64,000 bases of DNA. Source: Macrostomum lignano. Its lineage: Eukaryota. The stretch is from NCBI GenBank assembly GCA_002269645.1, contig NIVC01002985.1, positions 63,377 through 127,376 of the forward strand, read 5' to 3'. A program made the translations under genes and the position numbers. Positions 1 to 26,000 of this stretch are shown here, in pieces (positions within the stretch are counted from its first letter, which is position 1; each line of letters opens with the position of its first letter). The notes beneath the pieces are model-generated. The model did not search any database. It worked only from the letters and a program-made list of their open reading frames with translations, and was not told where the DNA came from.

Positions 1-780
1 TCACTCTCTCACTCTCTCACTCTCTTACTCTCTCACTCTCTCACTCTCTCACTCTCTCACTCTCTCACTCTCTCACTCTCTTACTCTCTCACTCTCTCAC
101 TCTCTCGCTCTCTCACTCTCTCACTCTCTCACTCTCTCACTCTCTCACTCTCTCACTCTCTCACTCTCTCACTCTCTCACTCACTCTCACTCTCTCACTC
201 TCTTACTCTCTCACTCTCTCACTCTCTCACTCGCTCACTCTCACTCTCTCACTCTCACTCCCTCACTCTCTCACTCTCTCACTCTCTTACTCTCTCACTC
301 TCACTCTCATTCTCTCACTCGCTCACTCTCTCACTCTCTCACTCTCTCACTCTCTCGCTCTTTCACTCTCTCACTCGCTCCCTCTCTCACTCTCTCACTC
401 TCTCACTCTCTCACTCTCTCACTCACTCTCACTCTCTCACTCTCTCACTCTCTCGCTCTTTCACTCTCTCACTTGCTCCCTCTCTCACTCTCTCACTCTC
501 TCACTCTCTCACTCTCTCACTCACTCTCACTCTCTCACTCTCACACTCTCTCACTCTCTTACTCTCTCACTCGCTCACTCTCTCACTCTCTCACTCTCTT
601 ACTCTCTCACTCTCTCACTCACTCTCACTCTCTCACTCTCTTACTCTCTCACTCTCTCACTCGCTCACTCGCTCACTCTCACTCTCTCACTCTCACTCCC
701 TCACTCTCTCACTCTCTCACTCTCTTACTCTCTCACTCTCACTCTCATTCTCTCACTCGCTCACTCTCACTACTCCTACT
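1..780. repeat. Degenerate (TCACTCTC)n simple repeat
   Basis: Direct reading. Confidence 0.95.
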
Positions 781-1282
781 GTCACCCTCTCACTGTCTCC
801 TTCACTCCCACATTCACGCTGGCAGCCAAATAATTTAACATTTTGTCAAAAAATCAAAAGTACAAAAAAATTCTCGAAAACTGCAGCAAGGCGTTGGCCA
901 AAATTTTCCACTGGACTCCGTGATAAAGAATGATTTCAGCTGACAAAAAACGTTTTTTCACGAACTGCAGCGCTGATAAGGACTAAGGTTTGAAAACTGG
1001 CTTTACTGTCTTAACTTACAGTGTTCAGCTTTTTAGTTAAGTCTTGGCTTCAGCCCATTGCGATGTCAAACAATTGCCTGCAACGGAATCCTTAGCGACA
1101 AGGTTTATTAGCAAAATACGAGCATAGGCAACTCGTGTACGACGAAAACTAGACATTAATAGCTACTGATAACCCGATTTAAGTAGTGTAGTAAGGTTAT
1201 GCGAAGTATAATATAAAAATGCAAAAAAGAATGCGATGCAAAGATTGGACAAAGTTGTATTTAAAACTGTGTTATATTTGGT

Positions 1283-2050
1283 CATATAATATTTGGATTG
1301 GGTCATACTCATGGAGTATTCAAATTGGTCATGGAATATCCTAATTGGTCATGGAGTATCCAAATTGGTCATGGAGTATCCAAATTGGTCATGGAATATC
1401 CTAATTGGTTATGGAGTATCCCAATGTGTCATGGAGTATCCAAATTGGTCATGGAATATCCTAATTGGTCATGGAGTATCACAATGTGTCATGGAGTATC
1501 CAAATTGGTCATGGAATATCCTAATTGGTTATGGAGTATCCCAATGTGTCATGGAGTATCCAAATTGGTCATGGAATATCCTAATTGGTCATGGAGTATC
1601 CAAATTGGTCATGGAGTATCCAAATTGGTCATGGAATATCCTAATTGGTCATGGAGTATCCAAATTGGTCATGGAGTATCCAAATTGGTCATGGAATATC
1701 CTAATTGGTTATGGAGTATCCCAATGTGTCATGGAGTATCCAAATTGGTCATGGAATATCCTAATTGGTCATGGAGTATCCAAATTGGTCATGGAGTATC
1801 CAAATTGGTCATGGAATATCCTAATTGGTCATGGAATATTCAAATTGGTCATGGAATATCCTAGTTGGTTATGGAATATCCAAATTGGTCATGGAGTATT
1901 CAAATTGGTCATGGAATATCCTAATTGGTCATGGGGTATCCAAATTGGTCATGGAGTATCCAAATTGGTCATGGAATATCCTAATTGGTTATGGAGTATC
2001 CCAATGTGTCATGGAATATCCAGATTGATCACAGAGTATCCATATTGGTC
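1283..2050. repeat. 20-bp minisatellite CAAATTGGTCATGGAGTATC with higher-order variants
   Basis: Direct reading. Confidence 0.95.
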
Positions 2051-2382
2051 ACGGAGTAACTCTGATTGATCATGGAGACCTTAAGAATACAACAAAACAA
2101 TATCGAAGTTAAAAGCATTAATAAGTCGGATATCAACATGGCGCAAAACTTCTTTAAACAACAGCCGGATGAAGTTAAGCAAATAAAAAAGGAAGGTATT
2201 AAGCATGACTTAGATGGTGCTTTTTTATAATCGTGTAATTATCAGTTCTGAGAAACGCACATAAACGGTCACAGTCAACATAGAGGAAAAATATTTATAA
2301 ACGTAAAATTACCCAAAGATAGAGAATCTAACCCATGACATGAAGAACCTTAGCGCAATTGGCTGACTGGGGAACCGCCAGT

Positions 2383-2870
2383 TTAACAGGTGTATCTAAC
2401 AGCTAAACCATGTTGTCCAACAGGCGTGTCTTACAGGTAAAACCTGGTGTGGAACAGGTGTGTCTAACAGGTAAAACCTGGTGTGGAACAGGTGTGTCTA
2501 ACAGGTAAACCCTGCTGTGGAACAGGTGTGTCTAACAGGTAAACCCTGGTGTGAAAAGGTGTGTCTAACAGGTAAACCCTGGTGTGGAAGAGGTGTGTCT
2601 AACAGGTAAACCCTTGTGTGGAACAGGTGTGTCTAACAGGTAAACCCTGCTGTGAAACAGGTGTGTCTAACAGGTAAACCCTGGTGTGGAACAGGTGTGT
2701 CTAACAGGTAAACCCTTGTGTGGAACAGGTGTGTCTAACAGGTAAACCCTGGTGTGAAAAGGTGTGTCTAACAGGTAAACCCTGTGTCCAACAGGTGTGT
2801 CTAACAGGTAATCCCTGGTGTGGAACATGTGTAATTTAACAGGTAAACCCTGGTGTCCAATATGTGTCTA
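2383..2870. repeat. 34-bp minisatellite AACAGGTGTGTCTAACAGGTAAACCCTGGTGTGG
   Basis: Direct reading. Confidence 0.95.
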
Positions 2871-3095
2871 ACATCTGTTTCTACCAGCTGCTTTTATTGC
2901 AATCAGTTTGTTATCAGCTCGAGATTATTGTTATTTATTGCATCGTTCGACCATCTTTCAAAACTTTAGACAAGCGAACAATAGAAATGTCTAGAAATCT
3001 TTTCTAATCATTAACAAACAATTTTACGCAAGACAAAAACTTTACCACACTAACGAGCGTAAACAATAACAATAATAATAACAACAAAAACAATT

Positions 3096-15766
<12,671 letters not shown>

Positions 15767-16944
15767 CGCAGTTGCAAGAACCAGAAATTGTTTAGGAATG
15801 CTTGGGGAAATTATTCGAGTGAAGATTTCCTGTTTTTTGATTTTTAAAATCGGCCATCTCAGTCCTGGATTTGAGCTTCGCCAATTGGACAGATTCGAGT
15901 CCGCGTCCATCTCTTGTTGCCCAACCCCAACTGCAGAGGACCTCTCGCTTGCTAATTCTCTTCCTTGCCTTTCGAATCTTTGATGCTCACTCATTCTCCA
16001 ACCCCCCCCCCTTAGTTCGTTCTCTCTTTCCTGAGAGCGTCAGGATTTGCTAAATTTCCTGCATTCTGAGCCAGTCCGCATCTCCTAAGAATTTAAACGA
16101 TTGTTTGTCAATCGTTTCATTCGGCATCTGAATTAGAGGGGCATCGTTCGGGCAAGGACTTCTGGACTCATGGACTAGAGACCAATTTGAAAACAGTGCA
16201 ATTCGATGTACTTTTGAAAAACTCGTTTAGCTTAAGATTAACTCGCAATCCCTAAATGTATGAGTCAAAGTTCAAAGTACAAAGTAGTAAATTTTAACAA
16301 GTTAAGCCCACTTGGCTAGGGTTAGTTCGCAATTACTGAATTGGACTGCTTACACCAACCTTTTGAGGCAATAGCAAAGCAGTCCTTCAGTCCAGGTATC
16401 TAACTAACGGTCCATGGCCGTATTGCCAGTGGCGATCGTGGAAATTGAAAATTAACAGGGGATCGAGCTGACGAGCTGCTTACAGAGGGGCCGACAGCCC
16501 ACTGCACCGGCTTCTCTGATTTCATTTCAAATTTGCCGTTCCTTCGCCCGTTCCCCGGCCACTCTGCAATTGCTACTCTGGCTGAGATGCCTTCGCGAGC
16601 TCGAAGATTCTTCTTGAAAGATAGGCGGCGGGGGGCGGAAGGAGAAGAGACTGAGAAGCTTGGCCTCTTCTCCTCCCCCCCTCTCTCTCATCGTCAGCTC
16701 AACTCTAAAGAGGCCACTAATTTCAGTCTTTAATCACAGCTATGCCATCGCAGTCAGACAAAAGCTGCATGGCTTGTGGCGCTTTTACTTGCTGTTTCTC
16801 AATCAGAAGCTAATTTATAGGTTCCCCACTTCTATATATTATCTCTCCTTTTCGCCTCCGAAAATTACTGTTGGCAATTTGAACCTATATAGTCCGGAGA
16901 AACATGAAAACCGATACTGTAGCTGCAAAAATGCATAATAATTT

Positions 16945-17140
16945 GCAGGGGGGCTGCTCGGACACCCTGGCGCAACGCATATTCGGTGACATCGGTCCAA
17001 TCACACCAACCATGCAGTGCTGAGGCAATTCTGCCCAAATCCCGCTGACTCCTGAGCAGAACTCTTTAGTTCCTGACTTTCTAATCGCCTGGCATGTACA
17101 CTACTCTCTACTGTGTCTTGGGGCGTTGGCCCTAACTCCT
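16945..17140 (-). mobile_element. Diverged SINE copy (core plus 3' tail)
   Basis: CCCCAAGACACAG..TGTACATGCC..CGATTAGAAAGTCAGG..GGAGTCAGCGG..TGGGCAG..GCGCCAGGGTG..CCCCCTGC matches the SINE core and tail. Confidence 0.65.
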
Positions 17141-18447
17141 CACGGGTGTGAATCGTGTATATAGGTAAGCTGTGTGTCAGAATCCAAAACACGAATGCAG
17201 CCGCGCGCACGGAGCGGCCTAAAAAAATGCGATCGCCTCTTCCTAGTTAAATCACCCCACTTCTTCCAAGTTACAATGTAGCAGCCAATCAGGTAAGTCG
17301 GAAGACGGAAGAGATAACTAGGTGAGAAGGAAGAATTGTTTAATTTAATAAGTGTCGCGGAAATTTAGAAGTTATACTCGAATTTTTCTACTGCGGTTAG
17401 TAGCACGCAAAAGATACTCGTATTTTCAGTAGTAGAGAGATTCAAATAGGCAATTCCAGACTTAGCAATAATTTACGCTTGTAGTAAGATTTAGTAAGAT
17501 GATTAATTATTATTGTTATAAGTAGCCTTAGAAGTAGTACATGTAGGAATGAACAATGGAAGTATATAGCTTTTTGTTTAAGTGCTATTAATTCAAACAG
17601 TCAGTTAAACTAGAGGACGCGACATTATTTCTACATGTATATCTAAGCTCGTATTTTTAGAATAGCAAAATGTACCGACATTAAATTTGGTGCATCATGT
17701 ACTTTTTTGTAATTTAATTGCATTCTCGCCGTACAGCGTACTCATTCTCAGCCTACTGAAGGAGTTATAATTACATGTATAATTTTAACTTTCGACTAAC
17801 TTCGTTCACTTTTAACGAAAAATCGCTGCAAAAGGACTACATGCCAGTCTAGTATAATGTAGTATAATGTCGTACGATGTCGATTAATGTAAAAGTACAT
17901 TTGTCAGGGACGGCGATAGACGCGGGAACGTCCGCCGACGACCCGGATTGCTGTACGGGCGGGATCAAGATTCATTGTGACTTTCAGAGAGGACACTTGA
18001 AAGCTTTCATTTAGACAAGTTAAGGCTGGCTGATATATTTTTCGTAGCTCCGCATGATTTATACATGTACCTTGATGCCCTAGCTAAATATACGTATTGA
18101 CTTTGAGCGTCAAATTCCTCTTGCCTCCCAGCTGTTGCATTAACTATTTTTTACAGCTTCGTTTTCATATGTTCATTCTTTGGCTCTTAAAAGGCCATTG
18201 CATGATATACATGTAACATATGTAATACAGTATGGCATGCTATATTCATTGATTGCGAAATCGTCTAATATGTTTCCACCTGAAGCTTCTCCCCCCGTGC
18301 GGATCTTAATTGCCTTTCGCACATCCAGCCGATCGCCTAAATTCTTTAGACCCATTTTATCGTACATGTAGCTATATAGCTAGTAGCTAATCATGCATGT
18401 ACATGTTTCAAACAGGGATACTGTAGCTATAGCTATATATCTATATA

Positions 18448-19007
18448 CAGTGGTCCTTGGTTTCAAACTCGACGTCTTAAAAAATACTCTTGGCAAAAAC
18501 TGACATGATATTTGCTACTATATGTTCGAATATCAAATGGCAAGCCAAGATCGACTATATTTTCACAAAGCTTTTTGTTTAAAGAGATACAAGTTAACCC
18601 GCCACGCTGCCATTTAACTATACATGTATTTCAAGAATTCGGTCTTTGCTTCTCGCGGGGGCGACTGACATATTATTTCCATAAAAAATTATGCAATTGC
18701 AAAAGTGTGCATAAAGATGCAGCGCAAATTTTGTACCATATTTGTATTGTCAGAGACAATATATTTCCATTAAGAAAGTCCAACAAAAATCAGGTAAATA
18801 GCCCTGCCTCTTTGTGTTGCTCTTTGTTGGAAAGAATCGAGAGAGAGAGAGTAAGGTTTAAAAATATTCTATAAAGCCATCGTAAGATAAGATCGTTCTT
18901 AGCTCCTATCGTCGCAGTGTAAAAGTCCCGACGTACGATCGAACTTATGCTACAATAGCTTTATAGTACGATACCATTATATGTGGACATTAACCCAAGG
19001 ACCACTG
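18448..19007. mobile_element. Tc1/mariner (pogo/Tigger-like) MITE, 560 bp
   Basis: TA|CAGTGGTCCTTGG ... CCAAGGACCACTG|TA. A further left-end copy CAGTGGTCCTTG starts at 19020. Confidence 0.8.
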
Positions 19008-21228
19008 TATATAGCTATACAGTGGTCCTTGCATTAACTAATACGTAAATAGGTCAATTTAAAAAATCCGTACGATTATCTTAGAATTTCTTATTAAATT
19101 GACTAAGAAAGCAAAGCAGCTTTTTACTTTTTGAAACTGAGGCATAAATCTGTTATTTGAATTTAATATACTAAATAGCATTATTTAACGAATAATATTT
19201 TTGTTTTAATACGGTATGACTGAGCAATCTGCATTTAAACTTACGAAATCATACAAAATATGATTTTTACCGATAAACTAGTTTTCAACCATTTCGGTTT
19301 ATTTTTGCTACGGTAAAACATTCGTTAAAAGTAATGGATTCGAAATACTACGACTTCGAAGACGGTAAGCAAGGCGATGAGCACTATTATTTATGTTAAG
19401 TAATAATTGCGATTTTATGGTTTTCTGTATTACTACATTATATACGAAATAAATAGCTTGCTAGCAAACAATCCTTATTTCCCGAATTCCCATATTGTCT
19501 ACATGCGATAAATAAGTTGGTTATACTGAACTGAACCATAAAATTTATGCAAGGGCAATTTTACTTTTACTTTGTCTTTACAATTGATCATTCTTATTTT
19601 CTTAGTGGCCTAGCCTTAGTTTTAGTTTTAATTTGAACTAGAGGTCCTTAAGTTAACCCAAATAAAAGTAATGGATTATTATGCATAGGCCTATCAAAAA
19701 ATGGTGGAGTCTAGTTTGAATAAATAGGATAAATTGAAATTTTAAATCTAAGATCTATTGAGCTATAAATTATGAAGTAGGCCTAAATCATCATGAAGAA
19801 AATAAAGTGCAAAAATCAAGTAAATGACAAATTATTGCCTTTGGTTTTTTTTATAAATAAATAATAATTATATTAGTTCCCAATACCAGGGTCAGGATTG
19901 TGTACCGCTATACACCAGAATGAAAATTGCTTCCATAGCTCATATACGCTAATGTGCACCAATGAAATTTGTATTGCATTCAAAAATATGCCAAAAAATT
20001 ATAGATAGTGAGTCCTGTGAGCTATATAAAAGGTAGAAAAAATTGAAAAAATATAAAAAAGGTATTAACTTTAAAAATGAATAAAATAAAAACTATACAC
20101 AGTATAAAAAAGCCACAAAATAAACTAAAAAGCTGATGAATGCTACTTTCTAGTGAGTGTCTGATTGTTTAAATCGTGCAAGTATGAAAAAAAGTTATAC
20201 TTGGTCAAACTTTATATATTTTTATCTTAATTTATAAAATGAAGCTGAAAAATAGGAAAACATATAATGCTTCTAGAAAATTGAAAATCATTGCAAAATT
20301 AAAGGACTATAACACAAGACAAGGTACTGAACACAATGGAATATAAACATATTTGACTACAAAAAACTGATTAAAAAATTAGAATTTTTTTATGTACCCC
20401 TTAAGAGGCCAGCAAAATTTTGTTTTTGAGTTTTTGTCCTTTGAACAACCATTCAAACCACGGTTCTTTTGAACTTTTGAACTATGGTTCGGATCGTATA
20501 GTAGTGTATGCTGGAACAAGAATCCTATCTCAGCTAAATGTATGCCAGTGTATGCCAAAAACAAAAAATTCCCTAAAGTGTATGCCAAAAATTCCCCCTA
20601 AAAAAAGGTCATTCCGTTTTCACAAGTAGAGTTTTCTAAGAAAGACTTTCGTACAAAAATTCTTTTAAATATTACGAATATTTTCATTGTTAATTGTAAA
20701 AAAGCAAAAAGTTTATCACTGACTTTCTAGGCTATATAAATTTTCCTTCATTTTATGTAAAAACTAAAAAGGGTTAATTTACATTACATTTTTTATACAC
20801 AGCATCAATTTATTCACCAAAATTGGTACGCCAAAAATTTCTCAAGCTCAAAGTGGCACGCCAAAGTGGTACGCCAAAATAGCCAAACTTCTCAATGGTA
20901 CGCCGGAAAATTCCGGCTTACATGTAACCTTCCTGAGTGTGGCTTTTGAATGATGCTTTCTATTATACTAGCAACATAGTTTCTAATGTTGAAAACTGCT
21001 TGTTAATATGTATTCCCTCATTTACACAATACTAATTCAAAGTTTGAGCCAAAATACATGTAAACTGCCATTTAAAATAGAAAATGTAATGCAATTTTTT
21101 CAAATATGCATCAATGGTATTTTTTCTTTTGTTTTATTATCTAAAGTGGCATACAAACAAGACGAAACAATGATCTCATTGCTGGCTCTTCCCGAAACTC
21201 CAGTAATGGCACCAAATAATGGCATGAA

Positions 21229-21422
21229 TTATGAAGTCTGTTTTTGAAAAAAAGTGCAAGATTTCTGTTTTTTCTGTGTTAACTTTTTAAAATAGATTAA
21301 TGCTTATTAACAATTATCGAATAATTTTCAGTTAACTTAACAAAATTAAGAGTTAAAAACTTAAGATTTAAGCTTTTGCCATTAATGGAAGTTAATATTT
21401 TCATTAATGGTGCCCAACACTG
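21229..21422. mobile_element. Right end of a decayed hAT-like element (GTGCCCAACACTG); internal part repeated at 43021-43196
   Basis: Visually about 80% identical to 43021-43196; ends in the reverse complement of CAGTGTTGGGCAC. Confidence 0.5.
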
Positions 21423-23034
21423 CAAACTTGGAAGGGATATGCCAGAAAATAAATATTAGTTTTTATTTCATGCCAATATAAATAAAAAATATACAAAGCA
21501 AAAAATTGTTACTTTAGTTTCCATTTATTTTTAAAATGCTTTTTTAGTTTAATCAATATTTAATACACTATATGCACTAGGTCTAAATATAGAAATTCTG
21601 TAGTCTTATCTTTACAAACTGGAAGAGATGTCTGTTTTTGCCATTAGTGTTTAAACATTTTCTTGATGCATTTTTTCTACAAAGTCACAATTTTTCTTAT
21701 ACAAAAAAAAGTTTTAAAAGCATATAGCTTTTAGTATATTTTGCAATTTGTTGTATACTTACATTTTTTAATTAGAGAAATTTCCCTTTTTCATATTCTT
21801 GCATTCAATTTTTTATATAAAGTTTTGTTGTCTAGGAAAGAGCAACACCTGTTTTTTTACCTATTTTCACTTTTGGGTTTTTAATTGTCTCATTAGACCC
21901 TATAGCATTGCATAAGCTATAGACAAATATCAGCCAGTATACAAAGAAGGTTATAGTGTCAATCATTTTTTATATTTACATGCCCAGTATAATGTTTTTA
22001 TCAATTTTTAGAATATATTTATATCTTTCTGTCATTTTGTCATTGTTTCTATTTTTTTATTTTTTAGTTGTATCATTTCTTATTTAGAAATATTTGCTTG
22101 GCTTCTATACTTGTGGCATATGCCACTTGTATGCTTAGTTATGCTAGGACCTATGGTATCTAAGTCTGTCACAAGCTAAAAAATTATATGCTGCACTGCA
22201 TCATTCCTTTTTGTTCTTTTTTCTATGGAATGCCACTTTTTCCCCTTTTATTGCATTGTACTGTTGCCAAAGGGGTCTATCTAAAAGCTGCAGCAATTGG
22301 TAGGTCACAAAAATGACATTTTCCAATATGGGATTAAAGGTTAAAACAAAGGTAAATTGTAGTTCTGAAATAGTAAAGCTATATAAATTTTATCAACTAT
22401 ATACAAAATCTACTTAGTCCTTTAAACAATTTAAATATACATAGCTTTTTATGATGTAGTATTTCATATATGCGCAACCCCTTGATTTACACTGGCCATG
22501 CAATTTACTTTTTGACCAAAAGAGCGATTCACCTGTGAAAGAAATTTATGCTAAAGCAAAAATAATGCAATTGTGGGTAAACGGCTGGAGTAACTATGAC
22601 TGTTTTATTGAGGCTAAATGAGTCGTGATATAATTAGTGCTACATTTGTATTCTTTTAGGCGGGCATTTTTGTGACTTACCCCTGGTCCACCACAATTTA
22701 CAGTGGCCAAATCGGCTAGCAGTATCGCATGTATGTAGCATTTACACGTTTGTATTTGATATCATCTTGTCAACTCTGACATGCAAACATAAACTTTGTC
22801 TGTACGTCTATTATTAGAAAATGCCTAAAACCTATGCTTATAGTTAGATGAGAGCTAGTTCAATCAATGCTAGATTTAAACAGCAGCATGTTTACCTTGA
22901 ATTTATATATATTATATAGTCCTATAAAATTGAAATAATCCAGATATTATGCTGCAAATTTAAGTCCATTGAAGAAGTAGTTAGAAATCTCTACTAAGCA
23001 TACATTTAATCGACGCCCACCCCCTTACATGCAG

Positions 23035-26000
23035 ACAATGACCTGCCCAGTCCAGCCGCCAGCGGCAGTGCACTCGGCCAGGATGACAGCAATGCGGCTG
23101 CCGACATTGGCGGCTCCGCCACAGCCGCCACCAGCGCCATTGACGAAGATGAAGACGACGAAGAGGAGGTGGACGAATTGCCGACAGAGATCAGCGATGA
23201 ATTGGAATTGCCAGCGTCATCAAATGACATCCAGTTTCCTCGCTACCTGATTATGTCATCGGTTGGCGTTTACGAGACTCTCAGGCATTTCTCCTCCGTC
23301 CTGCGATTGGCCTGCTTCCATTACGAAGAGTTCGTTGCCGCCCTGACGGCTACTGGCGAGAATTCCGCTCTGCTAGCGGAGATTCACATCTGCCTGCTGC
23401 GGGCCCTGCTTAAAAGTGACGAATCCTCTCAGGTAAGTCACGCTTGATAACTATTATTTTACTTTGCATTTTATATATATTCAACTCTGTACATCTCAAC
23501 CCCTCTTGATCACTGTTCTCTCATCTCTCCTCATCTTTCGTCTATCACATGTTCCATCTCAAATCTCCCATCTCTCCCCTCCCCTATCTCTCATCTCTCA
23601 TCACTCCCATCTCTTATCTCTCCTATCTCTCCTCTTTCCCAACTCTCACCAATCCCATCTTTTATCTCTCCTCTCTCATCTCTCCCATCTCTCACCACTC
23701 CCATCTCTCATCTCCTCTTTCTGATCTCCCACCACTCCAATCTCTCATCGCCCACCACTCCAATCTCTCATCTCTCCTATCTCTCACCACTCCCATCTCT
23801 CAAATCTCCCATCTCTCCTCTTTCCCAACTCTCACCAATCCAATATTTTATCTCTCCTCTCCCATCTCTCACCACTCCCATCTCTCATCTCCTCTCTCCG
23901 ATCTCTCACCACTCCCATCTTTCATATCTCTTATCTCTCCCATCTCTCACCACTCCCATCTCTCATTTCTCGTATCTCTCACCACTCCCATCTCTCATTT
24001 CTCCTATCTCTCACCACTTCAATCTCTCATCTCCCACCACTCCCATCTCTCATAGCCCACCACTCCAATCTCTCATCTCTCCTATCTCTCACCACTCCCA
24101 TCTCTCATATCTCTTATCTATCCCATCCCTCACCACTCCCATCTCTTATCTCTCACCACTCCCGTCTCTCATCTCTCCCAGCTCCAATCTACTCTCACCT
24201 ATCTAATTCTATATACTATCTGCTATCTCACAACCCTCCTTTCTCTCACCTCTCGTATCCTGACATCTCTCATCTCTCCCAACTCATTTATCACCTCCAA
24301 CCTCAATTGCCTACCTCTCGCGTATTCTCTCACCTTGCCTATCTTATCTCTAATTCTCATCTCTCACCTCACCCATATTTCAGCTCCTACCACTGCAATA
24401 TCTCATCTCTTAACTCTCTTGTCTCTCAACTTCTATATCATCCCATTTCCCAGGTAATGCTATGCTACGCGGATCAAAACGCCTGCCTTAGCTTCTATCA
24501 ATATTTGCTATTGGGCCGCTCAACCTGGCCCTGCCTGTTCCACATGTACGCCCGTGCCCTGCCCAATGGCCAGCTGGGGTACGTGTCACCTGGCTATCCA
24601 TTGGCTAGCGCAGATATTCGAGTTCGGGTGTTGCGCGATCTGTGCGATCTGTTTGTACAGAGCGGCGCGGTTCGCGAGGAAATGCTTAAAGAGGACGTTA
24701 GAATGCGATACGAGGATCATTGCAGAGTGTGCGGCAAGGTAAGCTTTGTGCTTTTCAGGGGTATTACATTCACCATTCTCAAGGGTATTTCATTCACGAT
24801 TCACAATGGTATTCTCATTCACGATTCTCGAGGTATTTCATTCACGATTCTCAAGGGTATTTCATTCACGATTCACAAGGGTATTCTCATTCACGATTCT
24901 CAAGGGTATTTCATTCACGATTCTCAAGGGTATTCTCATTCACGATTCTCAAGGGTATTTCGTTCACGATTTTCAATGGTATTTCATTCAAGATTCTCAA
25001 TGGTATTTTATTCACCATTCACAGGGGTATTTCATTCACAATTCTTAAGAGCATTTCATTCACGATTTCCAAGAGCATTACATTCACGATTTTTAAGAGC
25101 ATTTCATTCACGATTCCCAGGGGTATTTTATTCACGATTCTCAATGGTATTTCATTCACAACACCAAAATATGCCGCTAATTCACGCAGGTGGGCGATCT
25201 GCTCTGCTGCGAGTCCTGCCCTGCAGTTTATCACCTGTACTGTTTGGATCCGCCAATCACTGAGGTGCCAGAAGACGACTGGCAATGCCCCGTGTGCGTT
25301 CGCACCTCTGTCAAAGGGGTGACAGACTGCCGCGACCCTCAGGAGCACACTGCTCAGTACTACTCGCATAGGCGGCGCGCTCTAGGCCGGGACAGGGCGG
25401 GCCGGTTGTACTGGTTCTCCGTTCGCCGACTGTTTGTCGAAGATCCCGAAACCGACGATCTGGTGTACTATAGCGACGCTGAACAGCTGGACCGGGTAAT
25501 TGGCGCGCTTAGTTCGTCTCGTGAGAAGCGTTTGCTTAAACGATTGAATTCTTGTCGCGATCAGATGTCTCAGCAGATGGCAGCGCTAGGCGGATCAACG
25601 GCTGGTGAAGAACTCGGCGCTAATTATCGTCGCTATAGTAACGCGTACAGCTCGGACGAGAGGGCTTTGAGTAAACAGCAACTGGCCGAAGAGGAGAATA
25701 GAAAACGGTAGGTGTTTGTCTGGTGTGTTTGCGTTTGTGGGTTCAACTGATATGTAGGAGTCATCTACGTTCTTATTGATCTAGGGGTCAACTAAGGCTA
25801 ATTGATGATCTAGGGGTCAACTAAGGTTAAATGATGATCTAGGAGTCAACTAAGGCTACGTGATGATCTAGGGGTCAACTAAGGTTACATGATGATCTAG
25901 GGGTCAACTAAGGTTATGTGATGATCTAGGGGTCAACTAAGGCTACGTGATGATCTAGGGGTCAACTAAGGTTCATGATGATCTAGGGGTCAAAGGTTAT

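Noticed and set aside
473-2069. ORFs of 121-258 aa (LSHS..., MEYPNWSW...)
   Set aside because: Translations of simple or 20-bp tandem repeats; no splice context or domain.
15767-15994. Upstream in-frame ATG (MSEHQ...) extending the GC N-terminus
   Set aside because: The signal peptide follows the ATG at 15766; the extension looks like 5' UTR, though it is not excluded.
19880-20935. Repeated GTATGCC/GTACGCC motifs suggesting hAT subterminal regions
   Set aside because: No matching TIR pair or TSD could be established.
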